Positions 19,534 through 28,559 of a stretch of DNA of 64,000 bases are shown one piece after another; positions within the stretch are counted from its first letter, which is position 1; every line of letters begins with the position of its first letter. A program made the position numbers and the translations under genes. Source of the DNA: an uncultured Candidatus Saccharibacteria bacterium (lineage in GTDB: Bacteria > Patescibacteriota > Minisyncoccia > Phycocordibacterales > UBA2100). The stretch is from the NCBI GenBank assembly GCA_964398775.1, contig CAYNND010000002.1:8242-72241 (forward strand), written 5' to 3'. The notes beneath the pieces are model-generated. The model was not told where the DNA came from and did no database searches. It was given only the letters and a program-made list of their open reading frames with translations.

Positions 19534-20526
19534 TTAATGAACAAAGAGTGTCGAGAGTGAACGTCCTTCTTCGAGGTGTGTGATTGCTTTTGCGACCATA
19601 TCCACAAGTGAAAAGACGCGAAGCTTCTTTGAGCCTGCACTGTGCACTTCCTGTGGTATCGAGTCACTGACAATCACTTCGTGAATGAGTGGATTTGCAT
19701 TGATGCGCTCTATTGCTGGAGTCGAAAGTATGCCATGTGTTGCAGCAACTATGACACCTTGCGCACCATTTTCTTCAAGTATCTTAACTGCGCTATTTAT
19801 CGTACCAAACGTGTCTATCATGTCATCGATGACAATCGCGATACGTCCCTGCAATCCCCCACTATCCCCAATGAGTGCGACACGCTCTACTTCGTTTTTC
19901 TTACGGTAGTCACGCTCCTTTGAAAGTACGAAGAGTGGTAAACCGAACATACCTGCATACTCACGCATGCGCTTCAGTGCCCCTTCATCTGGAGCAACAA
20001 GCGCGTAGCGGTCTTCATATCCTGGGGTGAAGTGATGCTTATCAAAGTACTCTTTTATCAAGTGCGCAGTGTAGAGGTTGTCACACGGGATGTTAAAGAA
20101 GCCTTGGATTTGTGCTGCATGAAGGTCAAACGTGATGACGCGATGCGCTCCTGCGTGCTCATAGAGGTCAGCGACATCACGCGCTGAGATGGCTCCACGA
20201 GAGTTGTCTTTCTTATCTTGTCGTGAATATGGAAAGAATGGCAACACAAGGTTGATACGCCCAGCGTCAGAGCGGCGCAGCGTTTTGATAAGCAGCAAGG
20301 TCTCCATGACCAAATCATTTGCAGTTCTTCCTGCTGTATCACCATCGTTTCCTGACTGAATCACATAGACGTCCTTATGACGAACACTTTCATGAAGAAT
20401 TGGTCGAATCTCACCATTTGCAAAATACTGCATTTCGCCTCGATGCAGTGTGGTGCCTAATTTTTCTGCAACACTCTGTGCTAACGTTGTAGCTGATGAA
20501 CCTGCGATGATAAGTGGTACTTTCAT
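19534..20526 (-). CDS. prs: ribose-phosphate pyrophosphokinase (PRPP synthetase)
   Basis: 'MKVPLIIAGSSATTLAQSVAEKLG', the PRPP-binding loop 'IAIVIDDMIDTFGT', and typical Prs length and architecture. Confidence 0.9.
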   Translation of the reverse strand: MKVPLIIAGSSATTLAQSVAEKLGTTLHRGEMQYFANGEIRPILHESVRHKDVYVIQSGNDGDTAGRTANDLVMETLLLIKTLRRSDAGRINLVLPFFPYSRQDKKDNSRGAISARDVADLYEHAGAHRVITFDLHAAQIQGFFNIPCDNLYTAHLIKEYFDKHHFTPGYEDRYALVAPDEGALKRMREYAGMFGLPLFVLSKERDYRKKNEVERVALIGDSGGLQGRIAIVIDDMIDTFGTINSAVKILEENGAQGVIVAATHGILSTPAIERINANPLIHEVIVSDSIPQEVHSAGSKKLRVFSLVDMVAKAITHLEEGRSLSTLFVH

Positions 20527-20532
20527 AGAAAT

Positions 20533-21348
20533 CTATTGTTTATAATGCACAGCAACTTCTTGCTTGTACTTTTGCGCTGCTGCTGACTGCTCTTCTTTTG
20601 TGGAGCGCTGACCATTGGGGAACATCATGCCGCGACCAATATTTAGCAAACAACGTTTGAGGTCAATTCCTGATGCCGCAAACTCTGAAATTGTACCGCC
20701 TTGTGCGCCGAGTCCTGGCACAAGATAGAGTGTGCTCGTGTTTTGCGTAAGCTCCAGAGTCTTTTTCAGGTGAGGATTTGAAGAGAGAAATGTACCGCCC
20801 ACTACGATACCATCAACGCCACTTTCAAGACCGCGCGCGATACGTGTTTCGTACAAGAGCTTGTCACCATCTCGGTAGAGCATTTCACTTTCATACTCGG
20901 GGTTGCTCATAAGTGCCATGGTGAAGATGCCGAGCTCTCGTTCATGCGCTTGCTCCACGAGTTGTTCGATATTTCCTGCATACGGCGCACCCGTCACTGC
21001 GTCAAAGCCCATCTTTTTTCCAAAGTAAAGCCACGAGTCATTTGTCGACCCAATATCAGACACTTTGTAGTCGATGATAGTAAGAAGTCCATGCGCCTTA
21101 CTGAGTGCGACGATTTCCTCCATAAGCGCAAGACCATCTGGATACTGGAAGTATGCAGGGTTGCACTTTACACCTGCAACATGGGGCGAAACAGCTTCAA
21201 CGTACTGGAGGCACCAGTCACGCACATTCACCCCTTCAGGAAGCGCATTTTTATCACGCTGCCCCGGTAACGCTGGGTCGAGTCCTGCAATCAATACACT
21301 CCCTGTTCGCTCTCGTACCTTGTGCCACTCTTCGGTAAATGCAGTCAT
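20533..21348 (-). CDS. pyrF: orotidine-5'-phosphate decarboxylase (type 2)
   Basis: 'AGLDP' plus the OMPdecase motif D-x-K-x-x-D-I-x-x-T ('DYKVSDIGST'). Lies within the pyr operon. Confidence 0.7.
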   Translation of the reverse strand: MTAFTEEWHKVRERTGSVLIAGLDPALPGQRDKNALPEGVNVRDWCLQYVEAVSPHVAGVKCNPAYFQYPDGLALMEEIVALSKAHGLLTIIDYKVSDIGSTNDSWLYFGKKMGFDAVTGAPYAGNIEQLVEQAHERELGIFTMALMSNPEYESEMLYRDGDKLLYETRIARGLESGVDGIVVGGTFLSSNPHLKKTLELTQNTSTLYLVPGLGAQGGTISEFAASGIDLKRCLLNIGRGMMFPNGQRSTKEEQSAAAQKYKQEVAVHYKQ

Positions 21349-21349
21349 A

Positions 21350-22003
21350 CTACTTTTTATACGCTTTTAATGGGCGCTCGGCAATTTCAGGTGGGAGCTC
21401 TGATACGTGGTACGCGGGCGCATACATAAGGCACATAGCGTATATTTCTCCTGCCGGAACTTCTGGAAATGTATGACCACGATGCACCCCATAGAGCACA
21501 GAATATCCTTGTATGCCGAGAGCATCCTTGTTTGCTTCACAGTATGTTGAAAGTTCCGAGAGCGATGCTCCGTTATTGCATACATCCTCAAGAAACAAGA
21601 TATGCTTCCCTGTGCACTTTTTCGCCTGTGCATCAAATAACCCAAGTTTTCCATCTCGCTTCTCAGCGTACGCATACTCAATATGGTGCTCGTTGTATCC
21701 AAGTGTCTGGATTATTTTAGCAAAGGCGATAGTGGCATACGCAACACCAACAATAATGAGATTATCTTTTTTATTAGCAAAAAACTCATTGATAGCCTCC
21801 CAGTAGAGTGGCGCGAGCTCCATTTCTTGAGGTGTTGTTAGCATGCGAAAGTTAATGTAGTACTCACCACGCAAACGTGACCCGTCTTCAGCAACTTTTT
21901 TGTATTCAAAATGCCCTTTCTCAATAACACCGAAGGAAGTCAGCATAGATTCCACGGCAGCGCTTTTTGAAAAAATATGTACGTTTTTTGGTTCTGGTTT
22001 CAT
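21350..22003 (-). CDS. pyrE: orotate phosphoribosyltransferase (type I PRTase)
   Basis: PRPP-binding motif 'ILFLEDVCNNGASL' and operon context between pyrD and pyrF. The ATG at 22003 was chosen to abut pyrD. Confidence 0.6.
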   Translation of the reverse strand: MKPEPKNVHIFSKSAAVESMLTSFGVIEKGHFEYKKVAEDGSRLRGEYYINFRMLTTPQEMELAPLYWEAINEFFANKKDNLIIVGVAYATIAFAKIIQTLGYNEHHIEYAYAEKRDGKLGLFDAQAKKCTGKHILFLEDVCNNGASLSELSTYCEANKDALGIQGYSVLYGVHRGHTFPEVPAGEIYAMCLMYAPAYHVSELPPEIAERPLKAYKK

Positions 22004-22004
22004 A

Positions 22005-23078
22005 TTATCCTTGTGGGTATGCATCGCGTATCTCTTTTGCTAAGTATGGATTCCACATCGCTCCAGTAGCTGACATGACTACATCAGCACCTCTATCACG
22101 GTACATTCTGAAATCTGCCGCATTCATAACGCCTCCACATCCTATGAGTGCCGTTTTTGCGCCACGTCCTGCGCGCAACTTCTCGAGACGTTCAATCATA
22201 GAAAGTCCCGCCCATGTGATACTTGCTCCACAGACGCCACTTTTTACACGATTTGGACCAGGGAGTGCTTGCTCACCATGTTCATCGATTATAGTTGCTT
22301 GCAATGTATTTATGCTTGAGATGCCATCAGCGTATGCGTCAGCGATTGCAACAACCTCCTGCAGTGCAGCATCATCTGCGAAATAGCCAACTTTGAGTAC
22401 GAGTGGGATTGAACCGATAGCATCACGCACCGCACGTGTCACTTCGCGTGTCATCTCTATGTTGTAGCAGACAAGTCCTTCATTCCCGATGTTTGGACAT
22501 GACAGGTTTATTTCGAGTATTTGTGCACCAGTTGCAATCGAAAGTTTCGCCGCTGCAACATAGTCAGCAATAAACTCGTCTTTTGTTTGTCCTTCCTTGA
22601 CGGTACCCATACAGCTCATCACCATGACTTGCCCCTCACCTGCCATCTGTACCGCCGCTGCTGCATCTTTCTGCCATTCTGCTACTGGCCGTGATGGTAC
22701 TCCAAAAGAATTGGTAATTGAGAGTGGTTCTGTATATCGAGCATCAGCAACAAGTGGCTCTTTCATGCGCTCGACACTTAGGTCACCTGCGAGATGCACC
22801 GCAAGCACATTTGGAAATGGGTGGCATGGGAACTGCTCAGCGCGCACAGTCTTATACACCGGAACATCAAAGCCCTTCTCAAAAGCAGCCTTGATGAACT
22901 TACTATCAAGGAGTGGTCCCGCTGGGATTCCAAATGGATATGAGATAGGGTGCCCTAAGAAAGTAAACTGGGGAACACCACGCTCAACTACAACACCGTC
23001 GGTAAATGCACCAAATGGTCCATGCTCAAGATTCTCGTAGTATGTTTTTGTTGGGTCGTAAAACGGTTCTTGAATCAT
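22005..23078 (-). CDS. pyrD: dihydroorotate dehydrogenase family protein
   Basis: DHOD/DPD TIM-barrel motifs 'INLSCPN' and 'GCGGV'. Sits in the pyrimidine operon. Confidence 0.8.
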   Translation of the reverse strand: MIQEPFYDPTKTYYENLEHGPFGAFTDGVVVERGVPQFTFLGHPISYPFGIPAGPLLDSKFIKAAFEKGFDVPVYKTVRAEQFPCHPFPNVLAVHLAGDLSVERMKEPLVADARYTEPLSITNSFGVPSRPVAEWQKDAAAAVQMAGEGQVMVMSCMGTVKEGQTKDEFIADYVAAAKLSIATGAQILEINLSCPNIGNEGLVCYNIEMTREVTRAVRDAIGSIPLVLKVGYFADDAALQEVVAIADAYADGISSINTLQATIIDEHGEQALPGPNRVKSGVCGASITWAGLSMIERLEKLRAGRGAKTALIGCGGVMNAADFRMYRDRGADVVMSATGAMWNPYLAKEIRDAYPQG

Positions 23079-23096
23079 CGTATAAGTATACTATAC

Positions 23097-24401
23097 CTAC
23101 CGCACAATTTTACCTTCCTTATATTTTACAACACCACCTACAATCGTACAGACTGCTTTTCCAGTCAGTGATTTACCGATAAATGGTGAGTTCTTTCCTT
23201 TCGAGAAGAACTTCTTCTCATCGACTGTCCAGACCTCATCGAGGTTGAAAAGTGAGACGTCGGCATCTGCACCTACTGAGAGTGTTCCTTTGTTGAGGCG
23301 AAGAATCTTTGCTGGACCAGTAGTCATCTTTTCTATACAGAGCGCAAGTGGGACTTTTTTTGTCTTCACGAGGTAGGTGTGCATCACAGCAAAGCTTGTC
23401 TCGATACCTACAAAACCGAATGCAGCATCTTGGAAGGTTTTGATTTTGTCTGGCTCGATATGTGGTGCGTGGTCAGTAGTGAATGCGTCGATAGTTCCGT
23501 CTTTAATACCTGCAATGACCGCATCAATATGCTCTTGTGAGCGAAGCGGTGGGTACATCTTTGCATTAGTGTTGTATCCCATGCACTCCTCATCGGTGAG
23601 TGAGAAATGCTGGACACACACCTCGGCAGAAATGTTTTTTGCGCCACGCTTTTTTGCTTCACGAATAGCACGAATCGCACCTGCGGTTGAGTTGTGCAAC
23701 AAGTGCAGACGCGCGCCAGTCTCTTCTGCAAGGAGAATGTTTTTGTAGACTGCCATATCTTCAGAGAGTGCGGGAATGCCTGGAAGCCCGAGCTGTGTCG
23801 AGACCCATCCCTCGTGCATAACCCCACCTTCAGTCAGGTCCTCGGTCTCACAGTGCGACATGAGGAGTACGTCAACAGTTTTGACATACTCAAGTGCTCG
23901 TTTTAAGAGTCCCTCGTCTTGCACATCAGAACCATCATCGGTCACTGCGATAGCACCTGAGCGCTTTAATTCGTTTATTTCTGCGAGTGTTGCGCCCTCC
24001 TGCTTCTTTGTTATTGAACCGGTCGGGTAGATGTTGATGAGGTCAAGCTCTTTTGCTCGCTTTAAGATGAACTCAATAACAGTCTGGTTGTCAGCAACTG
24101 GGTTAAGGTTTGGCATCGTCACAACAGAGGTGATGCCACCTGCAAGTGCAGCGAGCGAACCAGTTTCAAGCGTCTCTCTATCTTCTCTTCCTGGCTCACG
24201 GAAATGCACTTGCATATCTATAAGTCCTGGGGTGACGAGTAGACCTTTTGCATCGATAACTTGCTGTGCTTTTTTTGAAATCTTTTTTGCAACTTGCGAG
24301 ATTTTTCCACCTTCAATCAAAATATCGTACTCCCCGTCAATCTTGTTTGCAGGGTCAATGACTCGTCCGTTCTGTATGAGTATACTCTTCATGGTTTTCA
24401 T
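23097..24401 (-). CDS. pyrC: dihydroorotase
   Basis: Amidohydrolase metal ligands 'DMQVHFREPG' and 'DHAPH'; 434 aa. Confidence 0.85.
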   Translation of the reverse strand: MKTMKSILIQNGRVIDPANKIDGEYDILIEGGKISQVAKKISKKAQQVIDAKGLLVTPGLIDMQVHFREPGREDRETLETGSLAALAGGITSVVTMPNLNPVADNQTVIEFILKRAKELDLINIYPTGSITKKQEGATLAEINELKRSGAIAVTDDGSDVQDEGLLKRALEYVKTVDVLLMSHCETEDLTEGGVMHEGWVSTQLGLPGIPALSEDMAVYKNILLAEETGARLHLLHNSTAGAIRAIREAKKRGAKNISAEVCVQHFSLTDEECMGYNTNAKMYPPLRSQEHIDAVIAGIKDGTIDAFTTDHAPHIEPDKIKTFQDAAFGFVGIETSFAVMHTYLVKTKKVPLALCIEKMTTGPAKILRLNKGTLSVGADADVSLFNLDEVWTVDEKKFFSKGKNSPFIGKSLTGKAVCTIVGGVVKYKEGKIVR

Positions 24402-25421
24402 TTATTTCCTGCTAAATGTTTTCACCTTTCCATCGAAACGCTCAGCAATGAGCCACAGTAATGCTTTTCTGACAGCCATTCCATTTTCTACCTGTCTGAG
24501 GATGTATGACTGCTCGTCTACAGCAGATAGCGCAGAGTGCACATCAATATCTCGTATGACTGGCCCTGGGTGCATAAGGATTGCATCCTTTTTTGCAAGG
24601 TCGAGACGCTTGCGAGAAATACCGAACATTTTTGAGTATTCTCGCAGTGTCGGGATAAAACCATTTGCACCGCGCTCACCTTGGACGCGCAGCGCGTACA
24701 CGAAGTCAGCGCCTGCGAGTGCCTCTTCAACAACGTAGTATGTTTTCACACCGAACTTTTCAACATGCTTTGGGAGTAGTGTCTGTGGTGCGGCAATGCG
24801 AATCTCCGCTTTCAACATTTTGAGCAAGCGTACAAGTGAGCCAAATACACGCGAATGCACGATATCTCCCACGATGACAACTATCTTTCCTTTCAAATCT
24901 TTTGTACCTGCGTGGTCAAGCATGGTGAGTCCATCAAGGAGTGCCTGTGTTGGATGCTCATGCCAACCATCGCCTGCGTTTATGATTGACGCTCGAGTAT
25001 GACGAGCTGCCATCTCAGGTACTCCTGATTCCTTTGAGCGAATGACGATGACTCCTACATTGTATGAGTCGACTGTCTGAACAGTATCAAGGTAGCTTTC
25101 ACCTTTTTGCACTGAGCTGTTACCACTCACACTTGTTGTATCCATCGACAACTGCTTTGCTGCCAAGTCAAAGCTCGACATCGTGCGTGTTGAAGGTTCA
25201 AAAAATGCGTTGATTTGAGAAATACCCTTACTGAAAGAAAACTTGTATGTTTTGTAATCTCGAAAAGCACGCGCAACATCATATAACAAAGAAAGGTCAC
25301 TATTCGTGACCTGACTAATAGAGTAGAGATCGAAAAATGAAAGATCTCGTTTGTTTCTAATTGAGAGAAGATGAGCGTGTTCTGCTCCGAGCGAAGTAAA
25401 ATCTTTTTTTGTACCGTCCAT
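24402..25421 (-). CDS. pyrB: aspartate carbamoyltransferase catalytic subunit
   Basis: 'STRTMSSF' (STRT motif), 'HPTQALLD' and 'HPGP'. Abuts pyrC. Confidence 0.9.
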   Translation of the reverse strand: MDGTKKDFTSLGAEHAHLLSIRNKRDLSFFDLYSISQVTNSDLSLLYDVARAFRDYKTYKFSFSKGISQINAFFEPSTRTMSSFDLAAKQLSMDTTSVSGNSSVQKGESYLDTVQTVDSYNVGVIVIRSKESGVPEMAARHTRASIINAGDGWHEHPTQALLDGLTMLDHAGTKDLKGKIVVIVGDIVHSRVFGSLVRLLKMLKAEIRIAAPQTLLPKHVEKFGVKTYYVVEEALAGADFVYALRVQGERGANGFIPTLREYSKMFGISRKRLDLAKKDAILMHPGPVIRDIDVHSALSAVDEQSYILRQVENGMAVRKALLWLIAERFDGKVKTFSRK

Positions 25422-25465
25422 TAAAAAAACATACTACCACTATCTTCCTAAGAACTCAACTCATG

Positions 25466-25492
25466 CAAAAAGCACCTCGGAGGTGCTTTTTG
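25466..25492 (-). terminator. Rho-independent terminator downstream of the secreted protein gene
   Basis: CAAAAAGCACCTC-gga-GGTGCTTTTTG. On the minus strand a T-run follows the stem. Confidence 0.8.
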
Positions 25493-25508
25493 CTTAATTT
25501 CTTTAGTT

Positions 25509-28388
25509 CTATGCCGCGACATATTCAGGTCCGAAACCAAGCAAATTTAGGAACCAGCGCCACATACGAGTAAATATTCCGACACGTTCTCCTGTCTGGG
25601 CAGGCGCTTCTGCATCAGTTGAATTCAAGACACCGGAAGTGTCAGAGTTTGGGCCGATTGGCTCAGCATACTGCCCATTCTCTCCAAGGTAATTCAACAC
25701 GGTGCTATATGCCTTTTTATTGTCCCCATCAATACCGACGTCAGTTGCAAGCTGTTGACCATTTCGAGTATTTTCACCACCTTCTCCAGGAAGTTCACCG
25801 ATGTTCGGCAAGTCAGCTGGGTCTTCTGCATTTGGGTCGATGGTGATTTCTCGTGTCGTGCCTTGCTGCTGCGTACCGTTTCCTACTTGCAGGTCACGTA
25901 TACTTGGCCCAGTGTCCACTTGAGGAGCGTCCTTTGCACACCCAATGCCAAGTGTTTTACAAAGATATGCATACGCATCGTCATCTTCTGGCGCTTTCTG
26001 AGCAGGCTGTGATGATACAACTCTTCTATTTTGAGCAATAATCTCAGAAGGAGTTTCGATGGTTGGTCCAGTATCTTGAGGTTGTGTATTTGAAGCATAC
26101 TGCGAACCTGAGTCATAGTTTGATGTGTTACCTGAGTCATATGAACTCTGTTGCGGCGCAGCATCTACAATAGTCACCTGGATAGGCTTACACGCTTCAG
26201 AGTTCTGCCTCACAGCATCCACAATCAAACTTACTTTCAGTTTTCCTTTCTTTTTCGGTGCAGTAATTGTTGCCTGTCCTTGTTGTGATGTCTGAACCGC
26301 TGCGCCAGTACCGTTTTGTGGATACCCAAATTGGTTCAAGACTGTGTTTGTGTTCGCCTGAGTTGTTGGTGCCTGCCTATCATACTTTGTTGTCGATTTT
26401 GGTGATGTATCCACCTTAATCTCTCGCTTTGCTCCGGTAACGTCATACGTAACACTGAACTGCTCGCCTGCTGGAACTTCTATCGCATCAGAGCCAAAGA
26501 AGTTACAGACAACACCTCCACCGACAGATGGCTGCGCACCATACCCTTGTGGGTTGTAGTTTGGGTTTGGAAGACACTGGAAACCATTCCACTGCCAAGC
26601 ACCCTGTGGCTGACGCATCTGGCACTCCTGCATAGCTTGTAGCTGCTGCATCTGCTGTTGCTGCTGCGGGGTTGGTCCCTGCTGCTGTTGCTGCTTCGGC
26701 TGCTCTTTTGGCTGTTGTGGATTTGGTTTCTTTGGGAAGCAGCGGCCCTGTATCATCTCTTCATCTTGCCTGCATTGCTGCTGCTGAGGAACACACTGAC
26801 CGTTCTGAAGAACCTGACCTTGCTGGCATTGCTGCTGTTGAGGGACACATTGAGTATTTTGCAAAATTTGACCTTGCGGGCATGTTTGTGTCTTTGGCAC
26901 GCAGCGTCCTTCTACACAGTGCTTGTTCGGGTCGGTACAGTTAAAGCATTGGCGCACTGGAGTACATGTTCTCCCGTCCTGAGCAACAACACCCTGCTCA
27001 CGAGTATCTTCTGTTAGGCAGCTATTACCTGGCCTCGGTGTCGGTGTTCCAGGAACACAAGCATCTTTTGCGGCATTCGGTACCGAATTGCCTTGACAAT
27101 CAGAGCATTGGCCGCCGACACGAATCTGTCCATCACCTGCTGTACCCTGTTGTCCACGACAGCTTGCAGGAGCTGGCTCTGGAACTTGTGGATTTGGTGT
27201 GAAACTTTGTTTTGGAACGCAATCATTTTTTTCGCTATTTGGCTTTTGATCTGAAGGACAAGTAAAACACGTGTTTCCTTGAATTATTTGATTTTGACCT
27301 GGTGTATTATTACTTCCTGAACATGCAGACGGTGTAGGTGCAGCAGCTGGTTTTGGTACACACTTACAATCTTGTATTATCTGAGTCTGCTGATTACACT
27401 CAGGCACAACTGGGCATGAGCCGATTGGTTCACAAATATTTTTCTCACGATTTGCTTGCATCCGTTCTCCACAGATTTCACAGCGAGAGCTTTGTCCTGC
27501 ATTTTCATCTCCCTGGTGCCACACAGCTTGTATTTTCTCACATTCCTCTTTTGTCTTTGGCTTTACTTGACAACTCGAGGAACCATAGTCATACACCCTC
27601 TCATCATCAATAGTGTTTGTACCTGATTTATAGCAAGTACACTGATTTGAGTCGTTAGGCCGTGCACCACCTCCACATGAATTTGGCATGCATACAGGTT
27701 TATTCTCTGCATCTTTGATTACTATAAGACCTTGAGCACAACGACAGGTGAAATTACCGTCACCCTTATCATCTCTCTGATTCACACATCTTTGAGCATT
27801 ACATTTAAGGCCTTCGATAACCTCCCTTGGAGCTCCACATAATTTAACAATGTCACAATTAGTCGGTGCGTCCCCGCTTTCTTTGGGGCAGAAAAGTTTA
27901 AACCTATCTTTAGCTTCCTTTGGGCTTCCAGCGATTTTATCTGGAGGTATATTTCTAACATATTCAGGAACAGTATCTCCAGCTATCTCGCGCGGGCATT
28001 GAAAAATCACTACTCTATCCTTTCTTTCAGGTAGTGGTTTTGATACTGTCTCTCCAAATTGCATTTTGCAGTCGCCAATGTCATGACCATCTATTCGTAT
28101 TCCTAAATCGCCGTACCACTTGCCAATCACTTGATACCAACCGCAGTTATAACCTATACGCGAAGCGTTAAACCCGAGAGCTTCAAAGGAGAAATAGTAC
28201 GTGTCGCCACCGATCCAAAACATACTTTGCCAGCAAGTACCGCCCTTAAAACTAGGTCTGTACGTAGTTCGGATTGAATTGACTGGGTTTGCTGAGTTTA
28301 CTGTAACGTCAGCGGCTGCTGCGAAGTACAGCTGAAAAGAGAAGGTAAGTAAAAGTATATACAGAAGTGAGCGTGCATATTTTTTCAT
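25509..28388 (-). CDS. large secreted cysteine-rich modular protein (paralog A)
   Basis: Signal peptide 'MKKYARSLLYILLLTFSFQLYFAAAA'. The mature protein is 959 aa with many Cys-containing EGF-like modules ('CVPKTQTCPQGQILQNTQCVPQQQQCQQGQVLQNGQC'), a Q/P-rich linker, and a beta-rich domain '...FSVTYDVTGAKREIKVDTSPKSTTKYD...' shared with paralog B. A long acidic, N/S-rich tail follows. Confidence 0.7.
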   Translation of the reverse strand: MKKYARSLLYILLLTFSFQLYFAAAADVTVNSANPVNSIRTTYRPSFKGGTCWQSMFWIGGDTYYFSFEALGFNASRIGYNCGWYQVIGKWYGDLGIRIDGHDIGDCKMQFGETVSKPLPERKDRVVIFQCPREIAGDTVPEYVRNIPPDKIAGSPKEAKDRFKLFCPKESGDAPTNCDIVKLCGAPREVIEGLKCNAQRCVNQRDDKGDGNFTCRCAQGLIVIKDAENKPVCMPNSCGGGARPNDSNQCTCYKSGTNTIDDERVYDYGSSSCQVKPKTKEECEKIQAVWHQGDENAGQSSRCEICGERMQANREKNICEPIGSCPVVPECNQQTQIIQDCKCVPKPAAAPTPSACSGSNNTPGQNQIIQGNTCFTCPSDQKPNSEKNDCVPKQSFTPNPQVPEPAPASCRGQQGTAGDGQIRVGGQCSDCQGNSVPNAAKDACVPGTPTPRPGNSCLTEDTREQGVVAQDGRTCTPVRQCFNCTDPNKHCVEGRCVPKTQTCPQGQILQNTQCVPQQQQCQQGQVLQNGQCVPQQQQCRQDEEMIQGRCFPKKPNPQQPKEQPKQQQQQGPTPQQQQQMQQLQAMQECQMRQPQGAWQWNGFQCLPNPNYNPQGYGAQPSVGGGVVCNFFGSDAIEVPAGEQFSVTYDVTGAKREIKVDTSPKSTTKYDRQAPTTQANTNTVLNQFGYPQNGTGAAVQTSQQGQATITAPKKKGKLKVSLIVDAVRQNSEACKPIQVTIVDAAPQQSSYDSGNTSNYDSGSQYASNTQPQDTGPTIETPSEIIAQNRRVVSSQPAQKAPEDDDAYAYLCKTLGIGCAKDAPQVDTGPSIRDLQVGNGTQQQGTTREITIDPNAEDPADLPNIGELPGEGGENTRNGQQLATDVGIDGDNKKAYSTVLNYLGENGQYAEPIGPNSDTSGVLNSTDAEAPAQTGERVGIFTRMWRWFLNLLGFGPEYVAA
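26620..26720 (-). repeat. CAG/CAA-rich low-complexity repeat encoding a poly-Q tract
   Basis: The forward strand reads (CTG/TTG)n, 'cagctgctgcatctgctgttgctgctgcgg...', and encodes 'QQQQQGPTPQQQQQMQQLQAMQ'. Confidence 0.6.
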
Positions 28389-28559
28389 TCTTTACAGTAT
28401 AGTACGTATTTGCTGAGTATTACCATCTTCATGTGGATAGTGCGCCTACATACCTCATAATGCACGTACGAACAAATTGTTTTTTGCCGATGATTTACTA
28501 AAAAATATACTCCTAGCCGAGGAACAATTCTGAGCTGTAAAATGGGGGTTACTCTTGCA

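Noticed and set aside
24031-24738. 235-aa plus-strand ORF
   Set aside because: Lies entirely antisense to pyrC/pyrB, which have strong catalytic motifs. The product is low-complexity and Ser/Ala/Cys-rich, the typical shadow-ORF pattern.
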